Positions 11,722 to 24,315 of a stretch of 64,000 nt of DNA are shown piece after piece. A program made the position numbers and the translations under genes. The notes below the pieces were generated by a model that had not been told where the DNA came from, did not search any database, and worked only from the letters and a program-made list of their open reading frames with translations. The first letter of the stretch is position 1. Each line of letters opens with the position of its first letter. Origin of the DNA: Fimicolochytrium jonesii. Lineage: Eukaryota. The DNA is taken from NCBI RefSeq assembly GCF_025526975.1, contig NW_026515671.1, positions 434,001 to 498,000 on the forward strand, in the 5' to 3' direction.

Positions 11722-12672
11722 TTGTGAGGTTTTCACTTGGGAAGTTACAATTTCTTGAGCCAATGCGTTGGTTTGTGTGCGGCCGTAAGTGCTGAGTTCT
11801 CTGACTTGCGATCCCTTGAACGTCGGGATTGCCAACGTGCTGTGCAGCGTGCTGTGGGCCTTGTGGCGAGGCTTAGCGCTCTTTTCGTCGCCGTGACGTT
11901 TGCATTGGTGACGCGTTTTTCTCGTATACATATATACAGCGAAGACAAGCAAAGCCATCTTGTGGTTTCGAATTTCGAAGCAAGTCCTTCTCGCTGGGCA
12001 GACCCCCCGGCATTGCAAGTACGCCGTCAATCAGCAATTTCAAGACGGTTGTGCAGCATTGATCAACGCTCTAAGAATCCAGTCTCCTTTAGGAGTCCGG
12101 TAAATCAACGATACATACTTTGGATTGCTCACAACCGTGCATTGGTTTTCCGCCTGACTGCTGAGTGAAAGGCGGCGGCTTCCCCATGCTGTCAACCAGA
12201 GCCGTCGGTGGTATGGATAAATCGTTAGATTCTATCCAGGATTCTATCGTGATTCGTATGGCGCATCGTATAGTATCTATAAGATCCTACGGAGGCTCGG
12301 AGCGGAGTACTGCACTTGATATCAAAGAAGTCCAGATCTGTGGTCAAAAAGCACGCGCGGGAGTGGATGGATGGATGGATGGCGTCGCTCTCCGCAGCAG
12401 CAGAGCACAAAATGCGCCCACTCGCAGGAGTCGCAGCCCCTGCAGGCCCTTCTCCGGGTTTTCCTTCTTTTGAACAAGCCGACTAGTTAAAAGCTGCATC
12501 TGTTGTCACTCGCCCGCTATCATCCTTTGCAAACGGCAAGTCACAACCCCTCCGTTGAAAGTCAAACTTACCATCGTGTGCGCGGATGATCTACCCGGCA
12601 CTGCTGAAGCGAAGAGTTTAATACCAACGGCCACCACAAAAATAGATTGGAAGAACCTGTGGGCTGGTCAGG

Positions 12673-13758
12673 ATGAGGCTTTCTACTCTTCTTCTCCCCC
12701 TGCTTCCCGCATTTGCATTCGCTATCAACACGGAGGATGGGAGCGCGGCATTCCTCTCCTCAACCCGTGGGAAACTCCGTGTGAGAGATCACCCGAACTT
12801 CATCCTCCGACGTCAGGCAGCGGACTCCCTGTTACCCTCTCCCCAGAGCGAACCTAGAGGCGGAGGCGGTAACGGCGGCAACGGCCAAGGCACTTCGGAT
12901 CTTCCACACGCTGACCCCACGACCGTACCCCAACCGCCATCTAAAGTACCTAACGACCCGCCAGGTCCTACCCCAACACCTGAGCCTCAACCTCAACCAA
13001 AACCACAACCACAACCACAACCAGAACCGCAGCCACAACCCGGACCTACACCGGCCGACCCTGGTCCAAACGCAGATCCGGGCAAACCACAAGCCCCGAA
13101 CCAGCCACAAGTGCCAGCGCCTGCCCCGACTCCGGACGTGATCCAAGTAACTCGCGGAAGTGATGGCCACATTGTCACCGTGATTCGATCTCGAACTTCG
13201 ACCGTACTAGCCTCTACTCCGTCTCAAAATGCAACTGCTTCAAGGGGAACAACTGACTCGAATCTAAGCCAGAGTGGCAGCTCATCAAGCAGTGGCCTGG
13301 GCCCAGGAAAGATCGTCGGGATTGCAATTGGAGGAGCCGTTGCGATTATCCTTGCGGCTATCGGCATCTTCTTATTCCGCAAATGGGGTCTCAGACCATC
13401 GAATAAGTTTCGCGATCGACTTATGCGTGCAAACGGTGGGAGCCAGACGTCGGATTCGATGCACGAGAGCATTGGAGTCTCACCATCGCCATCGCCATCT
13501 CCGCATCCGTTTGACCATGCAGGCTATGCCGTGAATGGTTTACGGAGCCCGCCATCCACATGGCGAATGTCACACCAGTATACTTCGTCTATGAGTGGAT
13601 CTATGGGTGGCCCTCCGTCTATGGGTAGATCTATGGCTGGTGGATCTATGGTCGGCAGTCCATCCATGGTGGGTCCTGCCGGCCCTCCTTCTATGGTGGG
13701 CGGCTATGATTCATATCATCCTGTTGACCCATATCACCCTGCGTATCACCGGGGCTAG
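12673..13758 (+). CDS. Type I single-pass membrane protein with Pro/Gln- and Ser/Thr-rich ectodomain (Mid2/Wsc sensor-like layout)
   Basis: Signal MRLSTLLLPLLPAFAFA, PQ repeats, TM IVGIAIGGAVAIILAAIGIFLF followed by RKW, and SM(G/V)G repeats in the tail. Confidence 0.8.
   Translation: MRLSTLLLPLLPAFAFAINTEDGSAAFLSSTRGKLRVRDHPNFILRRQAADSLLPSPQSEPRGGGGNGGNGQGTSDLPHADPTTVPQPPSKVPNDPPGPTPTPEPQPQPKPQPQPQPEPQPQPGPTPADPGPNADPGKPQAPNQPQVPAPAPTPDVIQVTRGSDGHIVTVIRSRTSTVLASTPSQNATASRGTTDSNLSQSGSSSSSGLGPGKIVGIAIGGAVAIILAAIGIFLFRKWGLRPSNKFRDRLMRANGGSQTSDSMHESIGVSPSPSPSPHPFDHAGYAVNGLRSPPSTWRMSHQYTSSMSGSMGGPPSMGRSMAGGSMVGSPSMVGPAGPPSMVGGYDSYHPVDPYHPAYHRG
12980..13040 (+). repeat. Coding hexamer tandem repeat (ccacaa/cctcaa) encoding PQPQPK
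   Basis: gagcctcaacctcaaccaaaaccacaaccacaaccacaaccagaaccgcagccacaacc. Confidence 0.8.
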
Positions 13759-14245
13759 AAGTTGTTGACTTGTGCCATTTATGTGCCCATTTCAGACGGC
13801 GTAAGACCCTGGCTGCGTACAAACACGTTACGAGATATCTGACGATGATGATCACATTTGTTTTATATATATACCCCCCTGCCCACAATTCTTGCCAAGC
13901 AGTGTCATTTTTGCAGCAATACATTTTTAGTTTTCATCACGGAAGGTTCGATTCTTGAGCGTTGTAGGAAGTTGACCCTTTCGAGCCCATGTCACATCCC
14001 TTATGGTGAATGTCCAACGCACACGCCTTCAGGCGATGTATTCCCAAAATCAAGTCTCCAGCTTCCGGAGGGTGTGTGGGCAGGGGTAAGTTTAAAAGGA
14101 GGGCAGTAACTTTTGGAAAACACGTTCCCGAGTCATCGGTATGATGCAGGGTTTTCAAGGTTCTTCTCCCGCTGCTGATCTGGCATTGCTGCTGTTCTTT
14201 TAGCATATAATATATACACCACATTGGCCTGCACCCAGTAGATAC

Positions 14246-17200
14246 ATGAGCCCCAATATGAACAGCTCCCCACGACCACTACGCAATCCTACCAGAGCTC
14301 TCAATGCCACCCCGGCATCCAAGTGCAAGAATATCTTCTCAGGGGGCGTGGGAAAGTCGCTATACACGAATATAAATCTGGATACCACTGCTACTGCGAA
14401 GCTCAAGGTAAGCTAAAGAAAAGCGTAGAATAAAGAAATCCAACGTCCAAGCATGTATATGCCATCCTAGTGCAATGATATCTTCTTTGCCGTGCCGTGG
14501 GGTATCGGGAACATCGGCGTTTTTCCGGTCCGCCGACCGCCGTTCACGGACCCGATTCGACTGGAAGTTAATCCGCCTCTGATTTTACGTGGGTATCTCC
14601 ATGAACATGATTTTGAGTCCTGGGAAGCTTGTTCTAAACGGCCCGCTGTCCACTTCACTAGCGCATGGAAAACAGATCCAAGATTTTGAGTTCTCCTCCG
14701 TAGATCCAACCATCTTAGCCACATGCACGCGTGCAGACGGTCTAGTCCGTATCTGGAAGATTCCCACGGACGTGTCGCAACAAGGTGTAGGTCGGGAGAT
14801 TGACGCGGCCGATACGTATCTGGCGGGACACGAGAAGAAGGTGGAGCTGTTGAAGTTTCATCCGACCGTGGGGAATATCCTGGCAACGTGTTCTGCGTGA
14901 GTAATGGGCGCAATTTGCGTATGCTTTATAGATGCTCAGAACCTGAAGTTTGATGCTTCCCCTCTATTTCAGAGACTCGACGATACGCTTGTGGGACTTG
15001 GTGCGGATGCAGGATAGGGTCTCGCTGGTTTGCCCCGCACAGTCCGCACAACATATATCGTTCGACTTTTGCGGAGGAATGGTGGCCGTAATGGGGTCGG
15101 ATGCCAATCTGTACCTGTACGATTGTCGGGCGGGGCCAGAGCCTATACAGGTTCGACCGTATGCTGTTTGCATGTCGCTGTTCTACAATTTCTGATAGTC
15201 CTCAGTAATCAGACAGCGATCACCGGGCACAACCCTTCGAAATCATGCAGGGTTTCATGGCTGACCCCGGATCCGCTCATTGTCACAACCGGTTTCGAGA
15301 AAGGAAACGCGAGAACAGTCAACCTCTGGGACACATCCAACCTGTCGAGCCCCATACAGTCCTTGAATGTAGACGGGACAGGTGTGGGGCACTTACAACC
15401 CTATTGGGATCCCGGGCTGCCGATCCTCTATTGCGGATCCAAAGCCGAGGGGATTCGAGCGTACGAACTCCTGCATGGGACGTTGGCATACATCGGAGCG
15501 ATGAAGTTGGAGAAACAAGCGGTAAGAGCGTGTTAGACGGTAAGACTGTGTGACTCCGATGCTGTCGGCGATGGCTGCATAAGGCTGAATCTGCGCTTTG
15601 GCAAGCTTAGACAGCAGTGGAGTTGATGCCAAAATCGCTTTGTGATGCGAGGAGATGCGAGATTGCGAGGTTCCTGAGCTTGAGGTGAGGTGGTTTGTAG
15701 TATACGGTTATGGCGGGAGAGCAAAATGGTGACACCCGATCATGGTTCTCGCAGTGTTGAGAACAGCAGCGTGGACATGACAACAATCCATGTGCCCAGA
15801 GTGCATGGCGAAGAAGCTTTCCAGGAAGACCTCTATCCTCCTATACCAATGGCGCATTCCGGACGGGATGCCGACTTGTTCTTCAATACGAGGGACACGA
15901 TCGAGCCTCTTATGGTACATGCGGTCTTGGATACGGTTTCTGGCACCAAGAAAAGGGAAGAATCCAACGAGCCATTAGCGCATCTCCTGCGGGATTCATT
16001 AGCCCCTCCCAGTGTCGAGGAGCTTCTCCATCGACATGGCGATACCATGCTGCGAAAGAGTACGACACTGAGACGGCCCATGACGGTGTCCGCAAATGGG
16101 TCATCGCGGTCGGTTTCAAACGCTTCAATCAATTCATTCACACAGTCTCGGGCTACAGAAACCATTCCTGCGTCGCACGCGCCAAGTCCGGCGACGAGTC
16201 TAGATGGGCGTCTCGATATCGAGCGGAAAACATGGCTGACTGCAACTTGGGAGCCTCATTATTTGTCCTTGAAAAAGCTCCGGCTATACTTTAGCAGTGA
16301 CGCTGATGCAGACACACCTCTGTATTCCATCTCCATGTCAGCTATAAAGCGTGTCGAGGGCTTCTCTATCGGCATTGATCGCGGCGACGAATCAGATAAA
16401 GTGGGGATTTTTCTCGAAACGACGGAGAAAACCCATCGTTTGAGAGCTGGATCAAAGTACGAGCGGGATCGCTGGCTGGATGCCCTAACGGAAGGAATGC
16501 AGAGGGGTCTTTCGCTGGCTCATCAAGGGCTTCGTGGGAGTACATTGGACCTGCCCGTATTGCCACGAGCTTCGTCAGCGAACCTGCTCTCGAGAACACC
16601 AAGCTTGGCGCCGCTCGAGCGGAAGCCATCATCGCAATCCTTCATCATAGGCAACCGCTTAGGTGCTGCTCTTCTCGGTGATCTATTATGTCTCACGGCA
16701 ACAGAAAATACCAAGCAGATCTGGAACCCGAGACTCGTCATGCTCGACGAAGACGGCCTTCTGCACCTCTTCGTCAACGACATCAAGTCGTATACCCAGG
16801 GCAAACCCCCCGTTCAAACATGGAGTCTACACAAAGCCATGGCGGTGCGACTCGTTGATTTGAAGAGTACCACGAGCATGCATGAGACCAATGGGTCAGA
16901 TACCTCGGGGATGAAAGCGTTTCAGATAACCACATTGAAGCACAATGTGTTTTTTGAAGCGCGCAATCCAGTTGAGGCTGCTAATTGGGTCACTCAGATT
17001 CGCCGAGTTATAAACGTGAAGAACTTCCTGCCAGCAGCGGAGTTGATCGAAAGCGATGTTTTGGAAGGGTTCGTCTCAATCAAGGACAGCGACAACGGTC
17101 TCAAACTGCCTCCTGGCCGGTATTGGCTGCAGGTCGTCGATGGCAACTTCCTGTATTCTGCGTTGCGGCTGAGCACTAGCCCATTCAAAGTTGTCGATAG

Positions 17201-20039
17201 TGGGAAGTTCGACGGTGTGCAAATTGGTAGAGCGGAGAGCAATCCGGACACTGCTGCTCAAGGGAAGTTTATTCCCGCCAAGGATCTGAATCTGTTCACA
17301 TTATCGTTCACAACAGACATCAAATGCGTCCATGAGGTCGAATCGCTAGTCGAAGCAAATGTTTGGGCTCGCGAGCTTACAAAAGTTAGGATGGTCGCCT
17401 ACGACGTGCTGCAAGCAATGGGAATCTCCTCCGAGGAAACCTTCCAGGATGAGATGTTCCAAGCAGAAATCGATGAAAGCCGCGGGAACTGGAAAGCAGA
17501 GATGGAAAGAATCACAATTCTGGACGAGAAGAGCATTGAAAAAGGGGAGCAGAAGTTCCTCGCTGGAGTGTTTGGGAAGGTGCGGTTGACAATCGGGTCC
17601 GTTCCTTGCACCTGGCAAAGTCTTCGTTCTGATGGAGCTTTTGTTTTGGATTTGGGTGAGTGGGGACATTTTAGCGTGATATCACATGTATGTCACTCCT
17701 AAACAGTGAATATTGGGTTCCAGGATCCGTGGTCTATCATTGGAATGGCGTAAGTTCGTCTCGGGTATGTCGGGCTCGGGCCATGGATCTTGCATCTCGA
17801 ATTCGCAAAATGCGGGCCAACCGGCCGAGAGTGCTCTTGGTAGACGACACAGATCGGGACCTGTTGAATACATTCTTCAAAGCCTTGGGATCTGAAAAGG
17901 CAACCGACGCGGTACGCACACAACAGCCCTTATCCTCACCATCGGATCCTGTACTGGATGCGAATGTCAAAATGTTCATATCGCGCCCGTCGCGATTGCG
18001 AAAGAATCGACTGAGGCTTGTGTACGAGGGAACTGCACCGTCCCGAAAACTGCTCGTGTCCGATACCGTCTGCCTTGTCCTCAGCCGCCATCAAGTTTTT
18101 GCTTGGATTGGGAACTCCTGTCCGCGCGAATCTTCCGATCGTGCCCTTGCGAATCTTGCTGCCAAACGAGGTGCCATGATGCTCCGAGATGCCTTGGGAA
18201 GCCGCGAACATCAGGTGTTTGTCAGAAGAGAGTTCGAAGGACGAGAATCAGCAATATGGAAGGTACGAGACATATGCTCGATTTTATATGTGCTGTGGGA
18301 AGAAACTTGAGGTATGATATGGGTTCTGTAGGAGACATTTGTGGACTACGAAGGCTCCCTTCCCATCAGCATGCGAATCGAAACGGAGACGAAGGGCAAC
18401 ATTGCTCCTCAGCTTGCGCAACCAAAGATTGACCTTGATACACTGCCCCGACGTGCGTCGCTGCCAGCTCACCTCCTAACCTGCCCGGATGACGGCAAGT
18501 CCGGACGCCGGTCCGTCCACCGTGTCGAGGACTTCCTGTGCCACGACGTCCCCGCACACCTGGTGGGCCAATTCTTTCAAGGGGAAAGCTATATCATCCC
18601 ATACATGTACAAACCGCCAAATAGTGGTGTGGAGAAGTGCATCAGTTACTTCTGGCAAGGTTCCACCAGTTCCGTCACCCAAAAAGGGACGAGCGCGTTG
18701 CTGACCATCGAGTTGAGCAAGCAGACTGATGGTGACGTTACTCAAATTCGAGTAGTCGAAGGGAAAGGTAGGGGCTCCACAAGTCTTTAGCGCATGATGA
18801 ACGTTCAAGTGGCAAACTCATAGATATCGTAACACCCCAGAGCCACTGCACTTGTGTAAGCTGTTCTCCGACGGCATCGTCGTCAGGATTGGGCGTCAGC
18901 GGCGAGATGGTGAAATTCTGGGCTTACCGGTGGGATTCGACATCCGAGAATGTTATGAAGGCTGCTTCAAAGCCACTGAAGTGGCAATGCAAGGTACTAA
19001 CTTTGCCGGCATCCCAAGCGTTCTTGAAATAACAACTTACACGACATGTTGCTCTTCATTGCAGATCTGCCATTCAATTCGAATCACATTACGCTCGTAA
19101 TATTCGACAAGATGGCTTACATTTGGACCGGCGCTCACTCCGTTCTAGGAGAGCAGCAGTACGCGGCGACGGTTGCACGCAAGTTCCTGGCAGAAGAGTC
19201 AGCAGTTCACATCGTCAGAGAGACGGAGAAGCTTCCGAAGGAAATAGCAGGACTTTTCGAAAGTTACGGTGCAAAGCTTCCTTCATTTCGATCGACGAAA
19301 GCCCGGTATCTTCCTCGGTTGTTCGCATGCTCCGCCGGAAGTGGAGTCGTGCAGGTGTGTGCTCCATTTCATAGCGTTTGTTAACTTTGACCAATGAACG
19401 TACCGTCCGGTCTAGGTCGAAGAAGTCCCGATGTTTGTGCAGGACGACCTGGATGCCAAGATGGTCATGATCCTAGATGGTTTCTCATCCATCTATGTAT
19501 GGTTCGGCAGCTCCTCAAGATCCTCAGAAAAGATTATCGGGATGCAAACCGCCATTGTAAGCAACTGCCTCAGCGGGATTGTGCTCGATGCGAATGCCAA
19601 CTGTGCGCTTTCTTGCAGGAGTACGGCAGCAAGGCCTCGGAAGCACCGGCTCTGTTTGTTACTTATGAACATCAAGAACCGCATGAATTTTCCCGGGCAT
19701 TCCCGGGGTGGGCTCGCTCGAAGCGGAAGTCATTGTACGCCGAGAACCAGGTCTTATCGAGACCATTGAAGGAAGTGCTCGAAGAGTATACGCGGGAGAC
19801 CTACCCGGTGGAGATATTATTAGGGGATAACGTGCCGCCCCATCTGGACCCGACGAGATTGGAGGTAGGTGATTCTTTCGCATGCTCAGGCTTTTCTGAT
19901 ATTCGACTGAAACATTTGCCCGTAGGCATACATGACTGAAGAAGACTTCGAAGCTCTGTTCAAGATGACGAAGCAAGCTTATTGGGAACTTCAGCCTTGG
20001 AAGCGGGTTGAAGTGAAGAAGGCACTTGGAGTTTTCTAA
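14246..20039 (+). CDS. Villidin-like class-4 coronin: coronin WD40, PH domains, gelsolin repeats, villin headpiece; many exons
   Basis: Coronin motifs GHEKKVELLKFHPTVGNILAT, MPKSLCDARRCEIARFL, HVPRV..FQEDLYPP; PH-like ERDRWLDAL, EAANWVTQI, EANVWAREL; gelsolin WQSLRSDGAFVLDLG, GQFFQGESYII, YFWQG, QDDLD..VMILD; headpiece FEALFKMTKQAYWELQPWKRVEVKKALGVF*. Confidence 0.9.
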
Positions 20040-20283
20040 AGCACATGGAGCACATTAACCTAGGCTGTCCTATATTTGTACAGACCTTTGCGTACTATGA
20101 ACTGCTGAACTGCCACCTGCTGCCACTACTTTTTGGCGCTGTTAAAGCCCGTCAGAATGCAAATTGTCACGTGCGAATTAAAGTATGGCGACGGAAACTG
20201 AACATTCTTGAGGCGACCTTTCACTGCGAGCTCGAACACCAGATCGACAACATCAGCCGGAAGCGTCAAGAAAGATCAGGAGA

Positions 20284-21686
20284 ATGTCTTCCACACTATT
20301 GAAGCAAACCCTGTTACGGAGCCGCCCGGCGTTGCCAGCCACGATTCTTCCTGGTGCCGGGGCTGTCTGCTCTTTGCGCACAACGTCCGCCACAAAGGCA
20401 GCTGCAGCAACTTCTTCTACGACCACGGCACCAGCAGCATCAGCAGCGCTAGCAGAACCACGAAAGGGCCTTTTGCATCTGCGACCACCACCACCAGCGA
20501 CCTTTCCCGTAGCCGATGCCTCAGGGAAAGTCGCTGAACCGAAATGGACCCCTCAATCGAAGCGAACGGGCGTCGTAGGGATCAAGAAGGGCATGACGGC
20601 GTTGTGGGACGAATGGGGTGTTCTGACGCCTGTGACAGTGTTGCAGGTAACACTCCAGAGAGACGAGATGTTCTAGAAGGGGCTGATCCTGACGAACGTT
20701 CGATTTTTTGAAGATTGTGGACTGTGAGGTGATTCGAACCCGGTGGCATGCTGGATGCGGTTCATACATTGTAGAAATGGGAGCCGTCGACCATCCTCGG
20801 CTGCATAACCTTAACAAGGCGCAGCTGTTTCACTACCGACGATGGACGGTAGCACCAAAACGGAAATTGACGGGATTCCAGGTCTCACCCGATGCCTGTT
20901 TACCAACGGGTATGTCAGGCGACCTGCCTTTCGCGGCGGCATAAACCGTTTCGTAGCTACGCTCGGCCTGCTCACACTACTTGCTGCAGGGACTCGCGTT
21001 GTAGCGGCGCACTTTGTACCAGGCCAATATGTGGACTGCCAGGCGACATCGTAAGAACGAACATTTTTACGAATTGAGGAGTTGAAGAAGCTATCTAAGT
21101 TTTCGATTACAGATCTGCGAAAGGTTTCCAAGGTGTCATGAAGCGGTGGGGATTCAAGGGGCAACCAGCATCGCACGGTGTATCTTTGACGCACCGTAGC
21201 GCTGGTTCAACGGGCCAAATCGTACGTCTTTCCGGATTCGCGGGCGGCTTGGGGACTTGGAGCATTGGACCTGACCTCAGTTTCGTATAGGATCCGGGAC
21301 GAGTGTGGAAGGGAAAGAAAATGGCGGGTAACATGGGTAACGACACCGTAACGGTGCAGAACCTGAGGGTACGTCTGGCTCCGTTTCTGAGACCGATGCT
21401 GTATTTAAAACTGACAACGGTGTGCTGGCAGGTGATGAAAATAGATACAGAAAACAATCTGGTTTACGTGAAGGGGGCAGTGCCCGGGACAGACGAACGC
21501 TACGTCCGGATAAAAGACGCCGTCCGGAAGGGATGGTACGAGAAGGCATTCCCGTCAGGAGTGGAGGTCCCGTTTCCAACATTCATGGGCGATACAGCTT
21601 CGTTGCCGAGAGAATTACTGCCAGCTCCACCGAAGGATGGTGAACGGGATCCGTTCTCGCGGCAGCGCAGAGAGCGTGAAGGCTAG
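20284..21686 (+). CDS. MRPL3: Mitochondrial ribosomal protein uL3m, multi-exon
   Basis: Presequence, [90 protein letters not shown]. Confidence 0.95.
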
Positions 21687-21839
21687 ATTCGTTGCATTAG
21701 AGCCTGATAGCGGCGTGCTGCGCTGGGGTTCACACAACCTTCACCACACTATGCTATTTGCCAAGATAATTATTCTTGTACACATAGAATCACATTGCAT
21801 TCAATCTATAAGAAACAGATATATGTAATAGGACAACTG

Positions 21840-22995
21840 CTACGCTTGGGGGTCCGTCGAAGGCGCAAAAAATGTTCACATCGAGAGGAGGGACATCATC
21901 GACTGGTTGTTCATCCGCGACATGAGTGTCCTGCTTTCCGCAATCTCAACATCGTTCGCGCTTGACATACCTTCTTAACAGCAGCGAAGTTTTGATTCTG
22001 TCCCGAGAGCGTATGAGTATGAGAGCCTAATTATCAGAGATGCTTCAATCGTACCTGGGCCGACTTGTTTGCCGTCTTCTTGAAAGTACTGACCCGCTGC
22101 TCTAGTTTCTTCAACAAGGCGGCATTTTCCGCTTGCTGGTTGACCCCTATCAAAATGCTTTAACGACAAAGGTTGACGGGTATTTGCAAACCAAGAAGAT
22201 GTTACTCAGTTCATGCGCTTGTTTCTCAAAACCCTTGCGGCATTTGGCGATAGCAGCGGAGTTCTTGTCGAAGCGTTCAAACAGCGTATTCATCAACAAC
22301 TGTCCAATGTGCCACACCTGTGAGACCGATCCGTATGAAGACGGAACATAACTTCTGAAAATCACCTCATGGTTTTCAAGAGACTCTTTCAGCTGTTTCT
22401 GAGCTTCGCCACCGCGCCCATCCGCGATTTCATCGAGCTTTCGTTTGTAGTCCTCCATCTGCGGGATACTGGAGACGACGGAAGCGGCTTAGCAATCTCG
22501 AGCGCTCGGGAATGAGGCCCGCAGAAACGCTGCGCACACTTTCGTCTGTTGCGTCTCCTTGAACTTCTCGAGGAGCTGAGTAGCACTGGCGAGACGTTGC
22601 TCGCACTTCTTCTCAAGATGCATCGACAAGCCTTGTCCACACTCCGTAACCCGTTCTTTGCGATAGTCATAGTCGGAGCCCAGGTTTAGAATTCAAGTCC
22701 ATGCATGCGAACTTAGAGAACATACTTTCCAACGCGCCAATTATCTGCTGAGCGACTCTGTGGGACGCAACATGGTCAGGTCCTCGGTGCTTTTTTCGTT
22801 GTTCCCATGAGCGCCTTGACTTACTCCGGACTAACAAGCTGAGCATCGTGTTGGAATCCGCCCCGAGGGGGCTCCTTACCCAGCGCCGGGAGGTTGTTGG
22901 CGACCTCATCGTTGGTAGAAGTGACTTCTGAGATGAAGGAGTCTGCGCGGCGGTTACGGGAGGCTCGGCGGTTGGATGACTTTGGGGCCTCCATG
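21840..22995 (-). CDS. Hypothetical coiled-coil protein, about 6 exons; ends uncertain
   Basis: Consistent GT-AG splicing gives MEAPKSSNRRASRN..|VRSKSRR..IIGALE|KRVTECGQGLSMHLEKKCEQRL..|MEDYKRKLDE..|VNQQAENAALLKKLEQRV. Confidence 0.5.
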
Positions 22996-23269
22996 ATGGC
23001 TCTTCAATAGTGTGGGGAAGTACAATTCGAGTACAGTATATCCCGTGAGCTCCGTGATCAAGCAACCTTGCACTTGGACTGTTGAGTATGCGTCGCCTTC
23101 CTGACCCGAGATGGGGAGAAGACTGCGCTGTGCTTTCGGCCCTTTCCGCGCACGCGTTGTGACATGACACGGAAGATTCGCAGAGAAAGCCTCCTTTCGC
23201 AATTCTCAGAGGCATCCGTGACTCTCTGAGGCATCTAAAAGTCCAGAGAAAACATAAGCGATCGGTACA

Positions 23270-24315
23270 ATGGCGCCACTAGCATCTCTTCGAAGTCTGA
23301 CGTTTGCCGACCTCCATTTGGAAGACTCCAAACGTCCCGTCCACAGCATCTCGCCACATGCTTACATCACGGAAGTCTTGGACTTTATGAAGTCCCAAGA
23401 CACCGTCAGTGTCCCGATTCGCCGCCGCTCAGGAGTCGGCAGTACAAACATCGCCGCCATCGTTGGACTGTCGGACATTATATCGTACATCTTGGAGAAG
23501 GGTCAAAGTATCAATCTTAGTAAAGACTGCATCGAAAGCGTTGAGAGCTTGGGATTAGGCGATGAAATTGAAGAAAGTTATCGAATTTGGGAGCGGGATT
23601 TCTTGGACACCATCGAATCGGTAACCATCAAATGCCGTAAGATAACCCCGACTCTGAGCTCATTCATCTTCTTAGACTCTGACGGCATTCGCTCGCGGAG
23701 TGCATCGTGCACTAATCACCGACGTCCTCAACCAACGCAAAGCCTACTTGTTGACGCAAACTGATATCATCCGCTTTATCCATGCCAATCCATCCGTCGT
23801 TTCGGCGTCGATCGATCTTACAATTCCGATCAAAATATCGCTTCTCAAACAACTTGGAGATCCCAGCAGCGTGATTACTATGCGGGACAACCGGACTGTT
23901 ATTGATGGGTTGGCATTGATGAAGGAGAAGAAGATAGCTGCAGTTCCAGTTGTGGATAAAGATGGCAAGATAGTAGCAAACTTCAGCGCTTCAGATCTCA
24001 GAGGTATTACAGAGGCCGGGCTGGTCGAGCTCAAGAAGCCAGTATTGGAGTATCTCAAGGTTGTTCTTTGATCATTCGCGAGCTTACTGATGCAGTAGCT
24101 CACCTTTCTGTTCACAGAGCAAGTCGGCAAATGGTCACATCCGCAATCCTATCCTTTGCACACCTCAGACTTCTCTGAGCGAGGTGCTCGAGCTTCTTGT
24201 CACAAACCGCATTCACCAGCTTTGGGTGGTGGACTCTCCCGAGAACCCCATTCCGACTGGGGTGGTGACGAGGTCGGACATCATCGGCACACTTGTCGGT
24301 GTTGAAGCTCGTTAG
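23270..24315 (+). CDS. CBS-domain protein (AMPK-gamma/Sds23-like), 3 exons
   Basis: VSVPI..IVGLSDII, VHRALI..LLTQTDII, KKIAAVPVVDKDGKIVANFSASDLRG, RIHQLWVVD..PTGVVTRSDII. Confidence 0.85.

Noticed and set aside
11785..11845. TPP-riboswitch-like words (ctgag..cccttgaac) upstream of the thiamine-binding family gene
   Set aside because: They are on the opposite strand to the gene and lack the following ctgat..taat..gcg.agg elements.
12363..12382. (tgga)n microsatellite
   Set aside because: Ordinary short simple repeat.
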